IMG/VR virus record: IMGVR_UViG_3300032327_000128
Location: 1-60,601 of that record
Strand: one strand, 5' to 3'
DNA: 60,601 bases
Source: a virus
Lineage: Duplodnaviria; Caudoviricetes
Made by a program: the position numbers and the translations under genes. Shown piece after piece: positions 1 through 9,850 of this stretch (its first letter is position 1; the number at the start of each line of letters is the position of its first letter). The notes below the pieces were generated by a model, which was not told the DNA's origin, did no database searches, and saw only the letters and a program-made list of their open reading frames with translations.

Positions 1-123
1 CGCAAATGCTGCCAATCTGAATATCAACCCCGTGCTGCTGGGCTTGCTGAGCGAACTGAGCCAATGAAATAGCCAACTTCAAAGAGACTTTGAAGTCGTA
101 GGCCGGAAGCGCAATAAATACGC
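1..123. repeat. Terminal direct repeat (123 bp), copy 1; circular assembly overlap
   Basis: 1-123 is identical to 60479-60601, and an ORF reads through the junction. Confidence 0.95.
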
Positions 124-160
124 TGCGTCCAGCTAGATCATAACTTTTTTCGTTTTGCAT
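1..160 (-). CDS. 5' part of GT-A-fold glycosyltransferase-like gene, continuing at 60601->59901
   Basis: ATG at 160 gives MQNEKSYDLAGRSVFIALPAYDFKVSLKLAISL..., in frame with the 59901..60560 ORF through the repeat. Confidence 0.85.
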   Translation of the reverse strand, partial: MQNEKSYDLAGRSVFIALPAYDFKVSLKLAISLAQFAQQAQQHGVDIQIGSIC

Positions 161-163
161 ATA

Positions 164-640
164 TCACCCGTAAAAAGTCGTAGCAGTTATGTTAGCAGGC
201 AATCCCACATAAATCCCATTGGGGGCTAGAATACCTTCGCCGGGAACAAGGATAGAATATGCCACAGCATTATAGCTGTCGGCTTCCAGCAATACAGTCA
301 GGTAAACCGTTACGTCGCCCGTACCAGATGCCGCCGTAGTAACTGTGAAGGAAGTGGCATTAGCCGAAACAACCGTATACGCACCATCCACAGCGCTTCC
401 ACTAGTGAAATCCAGCCACACCCTATCACCGGCAACGAGATTATTTGCCACCGTAACTGTTAGTGTGGTGGTGGTAATGCTGTACGTACCTGTTTGCGGG
501 TCATCATCCATAAAAAGGACGTTTCTTGCCGCCGCAGCCGCGTTAGCGGAGAGGATAGCCCCCTTCAGGCGCGTACGTGAACCATACGCAACACCTGAAG
601 CGGACAAATGCTTGGATTTGACATCATATTGCATAGCCAT
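164..640 (-). CDS. Thr/Ala-rich virion structural protein (beta-rich)
   Basis: 158-aa ORF in the capsid operon, GGAGG RBS. Confidence 0.6.
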   Translation of the reverse strand: MAMQYDVKSKHLSASGVAYGSRTRLKGAILSANAAAAARNVLFMDDDPQTGTYSITTTTLTVTVANNLVAGDRVWLDFTSGSAVDGAYTVVSANATSFTVTTAASGTGDVTVYLTVLLEADSYNAVAYSILVPGEGILAPNGIYVGLPANITATTFYG

Positions 641-663
641 AGGATTGGCCTCCTATTAAGCTA

Positions 664-1188
664 TTACGAAGTAGCGAATGGCGTAGCAAGCGAGCCTGAA
701 CCGATCAATTCACCCTGAATTAACCACTGAGTCGCAGTGACAGCCGTGACGGTGAAGAACGAACCAGCGATACCACCAGTGGTCGTGCCGTTAAGGTTGA
801 TCGAGCGTATAGTCGTACCGTTAGCGACGAAATTGCTGGCCGCAGCATCGGCAGTGGACATGCTAGTTCCGCCGAGCAAGAAGTTGCTTGCAGCCGTGAT
901 GACCTTAACCGCAGTGGCGGTAGTAGGGAGGAAGAACGTGTAGACAATACCGAGATTGTTAGGGTTGTTTGGATCAGAACCCGGACCAGCCGAAGCAGGA
1001 TCAGCACTCGCGTTAAGCGCAGGCAGCGTAATTGTAGTCGTCGCCGCAGTAATGTTCATGATGCGGCCAGCATAGTTATTGATATCAAGTGTCAATGTGG
1101 CAGTCGAAACCGCTTTAATCGCGCCGGGACCGTCTGAAATGAAACCGTTCAATGAGCGAACGGGACCTTGGAAAGTTGCAATAGCCAT
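664..1188 (-). CDS. Putative head decoration/fiber protein
   Basis: 174 aa, N-terminal MAIATFQGPVRS typical of the gene following the capsid gene in this phage type; Thr/Gly-rich. Confidence 0.55.
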   Translation of the reverse strand: MAIATFQGPVRSLNGFISDGPGAIKAVSTATLTLDINNYAGRIMNITAATTTITLPALNASADPASAGPGSDPNNPNNLGIVYTFFLPTTATAVKVITAASNFLLGGTSMSTADAAASNFVANGTTIRSINLNGTTTGGIAGSFFTVTAVTATQWLIQGELIGSGSLATPFATS

Positions 1189-1194
1189 AATATA

Positions 1195-1272
1195 TCTCCG
1201 TGTAGTAGCACTGCCTCATACCGTCTCTACTAAGTCTGCTAGGGCAGTCGGTACAAGTAATAATCCTAGTAG
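1195..1272 (-). ncRNA. Structured, pseudoknot-capable RNA downstream of the capsid gene (probable Mu-gpT-DE-type motif)
   Basis: Minus strand has pairings TACCG/CGGTA and CTGC-CCTA-GCAG; 5' CTAGG is complementary to loop CCTAG, and TAGTAG to CTACTA; position just downstream of a gpT-like capsid gene. Confidence 0.55.
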
Positions 1273-1291
1273 GTGTAAGCATACACCATAT

Positions 1292-1326
1292 AAAACAAAA
1301 GGGGAAGAGGTTTCCCTCCTCCCCTC
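1292..1326 (-). terminator. Rho-independent terminator after the capsid gene
   Basis: Minus strand GGGGAGGAGG-GAAA-CCTCTTCCCC followed by TTTTGTTTT. Confidence 0.75.
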
Positions 1327-1333
1327 TAAGTTC

Positions 1334-2242
1334 TTACGAACCCGATGAACCGAACATACCGAGCGGGTCAGACCAGCCGAACGAATAACGCTCGCGGGCC
1401 TTGTAACGCACGTTGCCAGTGTCGAAGTCACCGTCCATGCCCGTGCTCATTGGAGTACGAACAAAGTGCTTCAGGCCGTTTGGCACGTCGGTGGTCAGGA
1501 ACCAGCCGTTCGTGTCGGTCAAGAAGTGGTTTACGGTGTAACCTTCTGGGATCGAACCATTGTTCTTCAATGCGTTGATGTCGTTGTCCGAAGTACCGAC
1601 GCGAAGTTCAGTTTCGAGCAAACGAGTAGCAACAAACATCAAGTTTGGTGGGACAACCAACTTACGTGGCTTCGCAGCGATCAACAGACCACGCTCGTCA
1701 GTCCAAGCAGCAATCTGAATGACTGCGGCTTCAAGCGACGTTTCGTTAAGGTCGGTTTGCGTTGAAGGTGTGTTGGAGTTCGTACCACCAGAAACCAATG
1801 GGTGAGCAGTCGAGAACAAAGGCTGACCATCACCACCGGGGTAGGATGCACTGAAGCCGTTGTTCAAGACAGCAGCCGCTTTGGTCTGCTTGGTGTAGGA
1901 CATCGCACGAGCAAGGGCCTTAGTATAACGAGCCGAGAGGCTGTCATACAAGTTATCTTCAATCGCTTCTTCAGTCAGCGAGAACCCGAGGGCAATCGTT
2001 TCATGGGTGTAGCGAGCAGTGAAGACTTCCTGACCGTTGTCGTATGCGATAGCCGAACCTTCGTTCTTAACCGGAGCAGCGGAGAAGCCCGACAGCTTGG
2101 TTTCTTCTTCGAACGAACGCTCTGACGTTTCCGTGTCAAAGATTTCCTTATGCTCTTCGCCGTAGCGTGCATATTCCAAACCGAACAAAGCGTTCAGGCC
2201 CGGGAGGAGTTCTTTGAGGAGCTGTGCGCGTGAAATTGCCAT
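1334..2242 (-). CDS. Major capsid protein (HK97 fold, Mu gpT-like family)
   Basis: 302 aa; MAISRAQLLKELLPGLNALFG start and YKARERYSFGWSDP end; downstream of the scaffold gene. Confidence 0.9.
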   Translation of the reverse strand: MAISRAQLLKELLPGLNALFGLEYARYGEEHKEIFDTETSERSFEEETKLSGFSAAPVKNEGSAIAYDNGQEVFTARYTHETIALGFSLTEEAIEDNLYDSLSARYTKALARAMSYTKQTKAAAVLNNGFSASYPGGDGQPLFSTAHPLVSGGTNSNTPSTQTDLNETSLEAAVIQIAAWTDERGLLIAAKPRKLVVPPNLMFVATRLLETELRVGTSDNDINALKNNGSIPEGYTVNHFLTDTNGWFLTTDVPNGLKHFVRTPMSTGMDGDFDTGNVRYKARERYSFGWSDPLGMFGSSGS

Positions 2243-2257
2243 ATCTTAATACTCCTC

Positions 2258-2851
2258 TTAGACGCCAGTTGGGTTGAGGTAAGGATGCATACCTTGGTTC
2301 CACTTGACAACAACTTCCGTGTAGGAACCTGCCGACGACTGGGTTTCAGCGATAACATCAATGATGCGGATTGGCCATGTCGAGGTAGTACCAGTCGTGC
2401 TGCTTACAGCAACCTTGGAATCACCTGTGATGGTCGAACCAGCAGTCTGGACCAAAACAGCGTTTTCACCGACGTTTGCACGGGTGACGTAGCTGATGTT
2501 GGTACCTGTCGAAACTACAGCGACCTTGAACAGAGCGTCTGGGTCATCTTGCACGTATGCAACGATGTCAGTGATGTTCGTAGTAGCAGCGTAGTACTGA
2601 CGGAATGTTTTACCAAAGGTTGGATCGGTGTACGAGCAACCAAGGAAAACGCCGACAGGGGTAGCCGAGCTTGTGCCAACGTCCTTGTCAAGAGTACCGC
2701 CGCTGTTCAACTTTACAACGTCACCGAAATAGATGGCGGTTGAAGAGTTGGTAGCAATCGGAATCTGACGAGTAGCGCTGGCAAAAACCTGACCGCCGAT
2801 CAAATTGATCGGAATGAGACCATATGGTCCCGAAACAGTAGGGTATGCCAT
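2258..2851 (-). CDS. Putative capsid cement/minor head protein
   Basis: 197 aa immediately upstream of the capsid gene; IYFGDVV...GVFLGCSY pattern. Confidence 0.6.
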   Translation of the reverse strand: MAYPTVSGPYGLIPINLIGGQVFASATRQIPIATNSSTAIYFGDVVKLNSGGTLDKDVGTSSATPVGVFLGCSYTDPTFGKTFRQYYAATTNITDIVAYVQDDPDALFKVAVVSTGTNISYVTRANVGENAVLVQTAGSTITGDSKVAVSSTTGTTSTWPIRIIDVIAETQSSAGSYTEVVVKWNQGMHPYLNPTGV

Positions 2852-2870
2852 GTTTCTAAACTCCTAAGAT

Positions 2871-3320
2871 TTATTTGCCTGAACCAAACGATGTTTTGGA
2901 CCTACGCTCCGTAAAGAGCGGCATCCTCGGATCGTTTTCTCGCATGAAGTTGCTATCCACGGATTCATTCTGTGCTTGGGTCATTCGGTCAAAGTGTGCC
3001 CGACGTTGATCCATGAACTCAGAAGGAATCTTGCAAAGCAACAAACCTGCGACTTCGATGTTGTCCTTAAATCGACTATCTGGGTCGGTTAGATTTTGGA
3101 ACTTAGGTTGTTCCTCAATCCGAACTGGTTCCCAGCCTTCACGGAAAGCCGATGAAGCATTACGAGCATCATTCTGTCCCAGTGTCGATACACGTACCCA
3201 ACGATACATATATCCGTCTAGCTTATCAGGCTCGGGCAGCGTTGAAGCTGGTTGCCAAGCCTTAGGCCGTTCGGCCACTTCACGAGTTTCCATCTCACGT
3301 ACTATACGATTTTCAGCCAT
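2871..3320 (-). CDS. Conserved head-module hypothetical protein
   Basis: Likely start MAENRIV with GGAG RBS; YRWVR...REGWEPV...GLLLCKIP. Confidence 0.65.
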   Translation of the reverse strand: MAENRIVREMETREVAERPKAWQPASTLPEPDKLDGYMYRWVRVSTLGQNDARNASSAFREGWEPVRIEEQPKFQNLTDPDSRFKDNIEVAGLLLCKIPSEFMDQRRAHFDRMTQAQNESVDSNFMRENDPRMPLFTERRSKTSFGSGK

Positions 3321-4251
3321 TTTTGTTCTCCTTAGCAACTTCACGAGCATATTGCTCGGCGGTTAAACCCAACTTTTTAGCGATTGCTAGTTGGGACTGT
3401 CTTAGTACGATCTTTTTGGAGGATGTACTTCGTGACGCTGAGGCGACAACGGCTGATCGGTTTGCACGTGCAGCGGATTTCGTGTCGCTGCTAGCTGAGT
3501 CAGAATCCCCGAAATACTCAGGAAAACGACGACGCATCGTTGTGTCGATAGCGCCCCAATATTCGTCAGTACCGATATATTTATTACCGTACTGTTTTTC
3601 GAGCTTCTGGTGAAGCCCTAAGGCTGAGGCGGTCATTTCCTCATCCAGACCATACCATTGATTGCGCTCTTGCCACGCCATCGTCTTCTGATCCGGGCGC
3701 GGGATTTGGACCGCTTCCGGAGCAATTTGTACCTCAGTCTCTTGAGTTTGTAAAGTAGGTTTATAGTTAGAAAGTTGTTCGAGCTTATATTGAGCAGCAT
3801 TTAGCTTCTCTTGGGCGTCGAGTACTTTATCTGTATCCCCTGCTTCATAAGCATCGCGGTAAGCCCGACGAGCTTCAGTGAGTTCAAACTCTACGTTCTG
3901 TTTAACGCTACCAACTAACGATTCCTGCCCTTGGGCAAGTGTATTGCGAAGCTGTTCGGCTTCTTGGCGGTAGCGTTGTGCGGCAGTAAGAGCTTCGTTC
4001 TGTTCGCGCTGATAGCGTTCTTTTTCACGGCGCTCGTCGTGCCAGACTTTCTTCATCTGCTTTAGACGGAGTTTGACCTTTTCAGAATACTCTTCAAGTT
4101 CGTCGGCTTCGAGTTCGTCAACGATCTCCTTCGGCATCGGCTCACGGCCTCGGTCGGCCTCCGGGGTATCGTCTTCTACCTCAATTTCGGGTTTGCTATC
4201 TATAGCATCGTCTTCTACTTCCCACTGGAAGTCATCATTATCTTCAATCAT
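3313..4251 (-). CDS. Putative capsid scaffolding protein
   Basis: Acidic N-terminus, coiled coil, C-terminal IAKKLGLTAEQYA; lies between portal and capsid genes. Confidence 0.7.
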   Translation of the reverse strand: MIEDNDDFQWEVEDDAIDSKPEIEVEDDTPEADRGREPMPKEIVDELEADELEEYSEKVKLRLKQMKKVWHDERREKERYQREQNEALTAAQRYRQEAEQLRNTLAQGQESLVGSVKQNVEFELTEARRAYRDAYEAGDTDKVLDAQEKLNAAQYKLEQLSNYKPTLQTQETEVQIAPEAVQIPRPDQKTMAWQERNQWYGLDEEMTASALGLHQKLEKQYGNKYIGTDEYWGAIDTTMRRRFPEYFGDSDSASSDTKSAARANRSAVVASASRSTSSKKIVLRQSQLAIAKKLGLTAEQYAREVAKENKNG

Positions 4252-4266
4252 TTGTGCCTCCTAGGC

Positions 4267-4701
4267 TTATGCGCGCTTAATGCCTCTTGGGTCCTCGACG
4301 GTCCCTTCGATTGCATCATCGTTTATTATACGGAACTCTCGGCCATGGATTTTGACCCGGGTACCAGCGTGTGGGCGTACAAGGACGAAATCGCCTTCTT
4401 TGCACCACGGACCGCTTGGAAACCGCTTCTTGTCCTTGTAGCAGTCTGGACCCAGTTTCATGACGAACAACGTAACCGTCAGCAGTTCTTCATGCTGAAG
4501 GGTGATGTCTGCCTTGATAATCCCACCCTCAGTGGTCTTCTCGACGTCTGGCAAAGCACAAAGAATGCGATATCCGGATGGGTCGGGAAGTTGCTTAGGC
4601 CGATCCTCAATAGCGAGTTCGGATGCCGCACCAACCTTTGGGATTGGACGTCCACCTACGTCTACAAGCGCAGCAGGCATATTACCGATAATATTACTCA
4701 T
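4267..4701 (-). CDS. groES: Co-chaperonin GroES-like protein
   Basis: PSGYRIL, KTTEGGII, GPWCKEGDFVLV, FRIINDDAI motifs of phage Cpn10 homologs. Confidence 0.75.
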   Translation of the reverse strand: MSNIIGNMPAALVDVGGRPIPKVGAASELAIEDRPKQLPDPSGYRILCALPDVEKTTEGGIIKADITLQHEELLTVTLFVMKLGPDCYKDKKRFPSGPWCKEGDFVLVRPHAGTRVKIHGREFRIINDDAIEGTVEDPRGIKRA

Positions 4702-4885
4702 CGTCAGCCTCCATGCGTTCTGCGGTTTCGGCAATGATATTGTTCGCTACGAGCAAACCACGGTAAATACCGCAAGCATACTTATAGGCCCCAAAATCAA
4801 CGGCATTACCCATTGCCAAGTCTGCCTCGATAATCTTTAACTCGTCCTGCACCTTTTTTGACAGGTGCCTGAGTAAATCACTCAT
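4694..4885 (-). CDS. Small conserved hypothetical protein downstream of portal
   Basis: 63 aa, overlaps both neighbours; YKYACGIYRGL. Confidence 0.65.
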   Translation of the reverse strand: MSDLLRHLSKKVQDELKIIEADLAMGNAVDFGAYKYACGIYRGLLVANNIIAETAERMEADDE

Positions 4886-7373
4886 TAGTTACCTCTTCTG
4901 TTGTAGGAGAAGCCGGGTTGGCTTCCTTTTGTTGCTGATTCATTTGTATCTGCTCGCGGGCAATATCCATGCCCATCCGCAGACCCTCAGCCTCTTGTTT
5001 GGCGTCTAGGTCACCCTTAGCCGTCGCAAGTTTTGCACCGACCTGTAGGCCAGCGATTTCTTTCTGTGCTTCGATCCGCATCTGCTCAAGCTCAATGCGG
5101 TCGTTCTTCTCGGCAGCGTCGACCTGAAGCTTCTGCTTCTTGAGGTCGAGTTCACCCTGCTTAATAGCCAGTTCCTGCTGCTGCATTTGGATGAGTGGGT
5201 CCTGAGCAGCTTCTTGGTTCTGCTGTTGTTGCGCTTCAGCCTGCTTCTTTTGTGAAAGCTGCTGTGCAGCGGCTGCTGCGAGGCGTGAAACCTGAAGCTC
5301 GATGTCTTCGCTCATCTCGGCGTCTGGTGGTGGCAGAGCTACACCGGCCTGTTCTTCGATCTGTTTGCGATACGAGAACGCTAAGTGTTCCTGCATGTGG
5401 GCTTGCATTGCCGCCATGACAGTTTGACCTTGTGGGTTCTGGCCGATCATCGCCGCGACCTGCGGGTCCTGCATCATGCTTGTATGTACAGCAATATGGG
5501 CTTCGTGGTCTTGGTAGATGAATGCCTTGACCGGCTTACCGTTGATGACGTCCATGTTTTCAGAGATGGGGTCACGCGGCTTCATGTCGTCGCCGTCCTT
5601 AAGCGGGACGAGCTTCTCGGCGTTTGTAATACCCAGTACGTCAAGCATCTGGCGGTGCAGATATGGCATGTCGTAAATCTGCGGGGCAGTCTGGGCCAAC
5701 TGTAGAACTGCTTGATATTGCACGATCTTCTGCGCCATTGTCGCGGCGTTGGGGTCAGATACAGGGATAACGGCGACCATGTCATAGTCAGCCCGCTTTG
5801 CCTTGCGGCTACCCTCTGTTGGCTCGTAGCTATACGCTTCTGGCGTGTAGTCGCGGATGATACCCTTAAGAAGCCGGAACTCCTGCTTCATTGAGTAATG
5901 GACGCGTGCCTGAATGGCCGACATCGACTTAAGCGTACGCTCAAGAATAGCCAGCGTGGTACCCACAGGGGCTTGCCCAGACATGTCGCTGATCTTCATG
6001 TCAGCAGCGCCAGCGAAGCGACGGCCTTCTTCTACGATGGTGCCTAAGAGGCTATAAAGTACTTGGCTTGGCTCTTTGTAGGGCAACGGCATGATATTAT
6101 CACGCATTGTCCCTGAGGCTACGTCTACGTCACGCCATTCAGCCGGTGCTATGGGTGTGTCGTCGCCTTTAACTCTAAGACCTTTAGTTTTAAAGCCACC
6201 CGGAAGGTTAGATAGAGTACCAGCATCAACAAGCTGACGAATAAGACTGGTGCCAGACTTAGCAAAAGCACCAATAAGGTGAATAAGGCCAAAAGCGTAG
6301 AAGCCAAAGCCCGGAACATACGGGTAATGAACAAAATGCTGGCGTTTAAGTTTCTTTTTATCATCGGGGTCCCAATTCCGGCGGATAGACAGGATTGTCT
6401 GCGTGCCTTTTTCAATGGTTACAATATAAGGAAGAGCGATGCCTTCGTCTTCCTCGTCGCGGAAATTGTCGTCTTCAAGCTCAAGCTCGACCTGCATCTC
6501 AAGCAGCTTGTACCGGTCGTCTGTTGACGCACGGAAACCCATGCGCTCGGCAATAGCCGTCTCGACCTCATCAAGGCTGTCTACGGGGTCTTCAAGCTCG
6601 ATATCACGGTAGAACCCTGCTGCCTGTAGTTTGGCAACCTCATTGGGTGTCTTCCGCATTACATGGGTGACGCGTCCAGCGACTTCCAAACTAGACGCGC
6701 CATAGGGTACGACAACGTCCTCGGAAGGTACGTACATCGAGGTTTGACGACCGAGTGATGGATCGTAATAGACCTTCTTGAACGCATTTCCTGAGAGGCC
6801 CAACCCCCACAGCATCCGCTCATGTTCAGGCCGATATTCGATCATCACATCGGTCAACTGGTAATTCATATCGGCTTCGACGCGCTGCGCAGCTTCTTTC
6901 TTCGCTGGCGTCTCTTTACCAAGAATCTCTGTCCGCACAGGCCCACGAGCCGGGAACGTCTCCATCATGGTCTCAGCTTGGAACTTAACCAAAGCTTCTG
7001 ACAGCAGTGGGTGGTATACACCGCACGCACCGGGCCAAGGTTCAGTCCGGTCCTCGACCTTCATACCGAGCAACTCAAGGCCGTCGACGTAGGTCTGCAT
7101 CCAGTCTTTGCGGCTGGAGATGTCTTCTTCAAACTCACCCAACAGGTCACCGGCAAGCTCTGTAAGAGCGCCTTCGTCCATGTCTTCGGCGAGGTTTTCC
7201 GAGAACTCGTCCTCTTCCCCAGCGTCGGGATCAATTTCGATCTCCGTGTCACCGGAGCGAATCGTTACCTCTTCAGGGTCTTCGATTTCAATTTCGATTT
7301 CCGGACCTTCGTCCATAGCCGTCATCTGGGACATGCCCAGTGGTGCTTGGTTGATAGCTTTATCGACGGCCAT
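4878..7373 (-). CDS. Portal protein
   Basis: 831 aa downstream of terL; FKKVYYD motif and Gln-rich coiled-coil C-terminus (P22-like barrel). Confidence 0.85.
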   Translation of the reverse strand: MAVDKAINQAPLGMSQMTAMDEGPEIEIEIEDPEEVTIRSGDTEIEIDPDAGEEDEFSENLAEDMDEGALTELAGDLLGEFEEDISSRKDWMQTYVDGLELLGMKVEDRTEPWPGACGVYHPLLSEALVKFQAETMMETFPARGPVRTEILGKETPAKKEAAQRVEADMNYQLTDVMIEYRPEHERMLWGLGLSGNAFKKVYYDPSLGRQTSMYVPSEDVVVPYGASSLEVAGRVTHVMRKTPNEVAKLQAAGFYRDIELEDPVDSLDEVETAIAERMGFRASTDDRYKLLEMQVELELEDDNFRDEEDEGIALPYIVTIEKGTQTILSIRRNWDPDDKKKLKRQHFVHYPYVPGFGFYAFGLIHLIGAFAKSGTSLIRQLVDAGTLSNLPGGFKTKGLRVKGDDTPIAPAEWRDVDVASGTMRDNIMPLPYKEPSQVLYSLLGTIVEEGRRFAGAADMKISDMSGQAPVGTTLAILERTLKSMSAIQARVHYSMKQEFRLLKGIIRDYTPEAYSYEPTEGSRKAKRADYDMVAVIPVSDPNAATMAQKIVQYQAVLQLAQTAPQIYDMPYLHRQMLDVLGITNAEKLVPLKDGDDMKPRDPISENMDVINGKPVKAFIYQDHEAHIAVHTSMMQDPQVAAMIGQNPQGQTVMAAMQAHMQEHLAFSYRKQIEEQAGVALPPPDAEMSEDIELQVSRLAAAAAQQLSQKKQAEAQQQQNQEAAQDPLIQMQQQELAIKQGELDLKKQKLQVDAAEKNDRIELEQMRIEAQKEIAGLQVGAKLATAKGDLDAKQEAEGLRMGMDIAREQIQMNQQQKEANPASPTTEEVTNE

Positions 7374-7639
7374 TATTTCTTCCCTTTGAGCGTAGCCCGG
7401 TTAGTCCGGGGGTTATAAGTATACTTCTTCGATGCTTTACCACTTAACTTGGCCGCTCGATCAATCGCACGCTCTTCAGCAGTCATAGCGTCACGCTCAC
7501 GGCCCTTTGCAGTAAGTGTTCCGTCAGAGTTCATAAGGCCACGTTTCTTCAGAATTTCACGGGCGAGCTTCTCGCTACCTACCTGCGCAGATAAACGGTC
7601 GACAATTTGATTTCGCCCCATGTGCTTCTGAGTAACCAT
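7373..7639 (-). CDS. Small basic hypothetical protein
   Basis: 88 aa, translationally coupled between terL and portal. Confidence 0.6.
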   Translation of the reverse strand: MVTQKHMGRNQIVDRLSAQVGSEKLAREILKKRGLMNSDGTLTAKGRERDAMTAEERAIDRAAKLSGKASKKYTYNPRTNRATLKGKK

Positions 7640-9156
7640 TAATAATACCCCTGATTACGGTTACGCTTAAAATACTGGATTTCTTCCGGTTCGTCTAGGT
7701 TGGTTGTGATATATCCGCCCCTACGGAACCGGTGCAGCGCCATGGATACAGTATCGACATAGTCATCGTGAGTACCGGCTGGGAACTCAGCTACTTCGTC
7801 AATCACTTCTTCGGCCCACCGAGAAGCAGGTGCCCATACCCGTCCAGATGCAAACAAGTCGCTCACAGCGTTCAAACGGGAGATTTTGTCGTTCCCCCGT
7901 GTAGGTGTAAACTCTTGTACCGGTATCCCCATCGCCCTCATCTCGTAGATCAAAGGTGCACCTGAAGCCTTCTTTTCGATGATGACGCTGTCCGGCTCCC
8001 AATCTCTGTACTCCTCGATAGCGCACCGTTTTAGCTCGGGGAACTCCATGCGGTCCCTGAACGCGTTCAGTAGGATAATGTTAGCTTGCTCGTTGCCAGC
8101 GTCGTCAGCCTGATAAAATACGCCCCAAGTTGTACACGCCGAATAGTCGGCACGTTGCGTCTTCTCGAAGGCCGTATCCCATGACTGAAGGATGAAGTCG
8201 CACGTAGGCGGTTTGTCGCTATCCCACTCCATCCACCACTCACGCTTGATAATAGCAGCCGACTCAGAGATCGGGTTCTGCTGATACTGCGCCATCCACT
8301 TGCTGTTCGGGACGTCGCGCTTAACTTTCTCAAGCTCGCTTAGCTCCCAGAACTCAGGCCACAGTGGCTTGTCACTTGGAAGAATCGCTGGAAATTCAAT
8401 GACTTCCCATTCACCGAGGCTGTCATTAGCCGCTGCGTCTTTAAGTATCTGCCCTGTCAAGTCACGCTTCGACCAACGCGTCATAACGATGACGATGGAC
8501 CCACCCGGCTGGAGACGCTGACGCGGACCAGATGTATACCACTCGTAGGTCTTGTCGTAGATGTCTGGGTTAACTTCCGCGATAGCAGCTTCCTGCTCCG
8601 AGTGCGGATCGTCGATGATGAGGACGTCAGCCCCCTTACCTGTTACGGCACCACCGATCCCGATAGCGAAGTAATCACCCCCCTTCGAAGTATTCCAGCG
8701 GCCAGCAGCTTTACTGTCGGACGCGAGGCTTAGGTCTGGGAATATGTTATGATATACTTCTGTGTCTACGAGGTTACGAACTTTACGCCCAAAGCCTACC
8801 GCAAGCTCAGCCGTATGGGAACATTGGATAATTTTTTTCTGGGGGTATTTACCGAGGAACCACGCTGGGAGGAGATATGATGCAAACTCGCTCTTGGTGT
8901 GTCGTGGGGGCATGTTGATGATGAGGCGCTTACACTCACCACGAGCAACGCGTTCGAAGGCATCTGCCATTTTTGCATGGTGTCGTCCCCCTATGAATGA
9001 CGGCCAAACTTCCTTGACGAACCCAAGGAACCTATCCTGCGCAACTTTCTTCTTCTTAAGCTCTGACAGCTTATCTAGCTCAGCCAGCAGCTTCTCCTGC
9101 TCAGCTATGCTGAGCTTGGGTAACACCTTATTGATATCACGCAGTGATATCGTCAT
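7639..9156 (-). CDS. terL: Terminase large subunit
   Basis: NMPPRHTKS Walker A-like, LIIDDP Walker B, RNase H-like C-terminus (SWDTA...HDDYVD). Confidence 0.95.
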   Translation of the reverse strand: MTISLRDINKVLPKLSIAEQEKLLAELDKLSELKKKKVAQDRFLGFVKEVWPSFIGGRHHAKMADAFERVARGECKRLIINMPPRHTKSEFASYLLPAWFLGKYPQKKIIQCSHTAELAVGFGRKVRNLVDTEVYHNIFPDLSLASDSKAAGRWNTSKGGDYFAIGIGGAVTGKGADVLIIDDPHSEQEAAIAEVNPDIYDKTYEWYTSGPRQRLQPGGSIVIVMTRWSKRDLTGQILKDAAANDSLGEWEVIEFPAILPSDKPLWPEFWELSELEKVKRDVPNSKWMAQYQQNPISESAAIIKREWWMEWDSDKPPTCDFILQSWDTAFEKTQRADYSACTTWGVFYQADDAGNEQANIILLNAFRDRMEFPELKRCAIEEYRDWEPDSVIIEKKASGAPLIYEMRAMGIPVQEFTPTRGNDKISRLNAVSDLFASGRVWAPASRWAEEVIDEVAEFPAGTHDDYVDTVSMALHRFRRGGYITTNLDEPEEIQYFKRNRNQGYY

Positions 9157-9779
9157 TCGTCTTCATCCTCCGCCAGTTCTGCGAACTGTACGTCTTCCAT
9201 CTCGTCGAGTTCCCCGTACGCCGGGTTGTACATCGCCAGTTCTTCTTCGATGCTTTGGCCAAGGGGTGTGACATCTATAATGTCTGCGTTCAGCAGGCGC
9301 TTGACGCGTTCCTTGATTGCCTTCTCCAAGTCTTCTGGGTTCTTATAGTTGATGGTAATCTCGGACTTAGAGGTGAATAGGCCAATGTCGCTGTGCTTGC
9401 CGAGGAGTTCCAAAGCCTTAAGCTCGTACTTAGTTTCGCCGCAGTTGGCGATTTCCATCAGCTTAAACGTAAGCGCTGCACGTACTTCGTTAGCATCAAC
9501 AGCAAGTTGTTGCCCATACTGGCGTAGGAACTGCGCTGCGCCGAAGGCGGTTGATACCTGATTTAAATTCTTGGTTTGACGCTTATTGACTACGTCAGTC
9601 AACTTCTTAGCTTCTTTAGCTACGTCTTCGTCTATCTCAAGGGGAGCGCCCATACTCACGAGCAGTTCTGCCGTGTTCCCCGCAATAGCGATCTCTTCGA
9701 GCAGAGAGCCGGGTTTATGTTCCGCAGTGTCATAGGGCACTGGGTGTTCCCGGGTAGGTTCAATTTTAATCACAGTCAT
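9153..9779 (-). CDS. Probable terminase small subunit
   Basis: Directly upstream of and overlapping terL; LKALELLGK motif. Confidence 0.6.
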   Translation of the reverse strand: MTVIKIEPTREHPVPYDTAEHKPGSLLEEIAIAGNTAELLVSMGAPLEIDEDVAKEAKKLTDVVNKRQTKNLNQVSTAFGAAQFLRQYGQQLAVDANEVRAALTFKLMEIANCGETKYELKALELLGKHSDIGLFTSKSEITINYKNPEDLEKAIKERVKRLLNADIIDVTPLGQSIEEELAMYNPAYGELDEMEDVQFAELAEDEDE

Positions 9780-9850
9780 GTAGCGCAGCGTCCGGTTTGG
9801 GGGAGCAGGTGGCCTCTATAGCTGCGGTAGTATGGGTAAGTAAAGAACTT

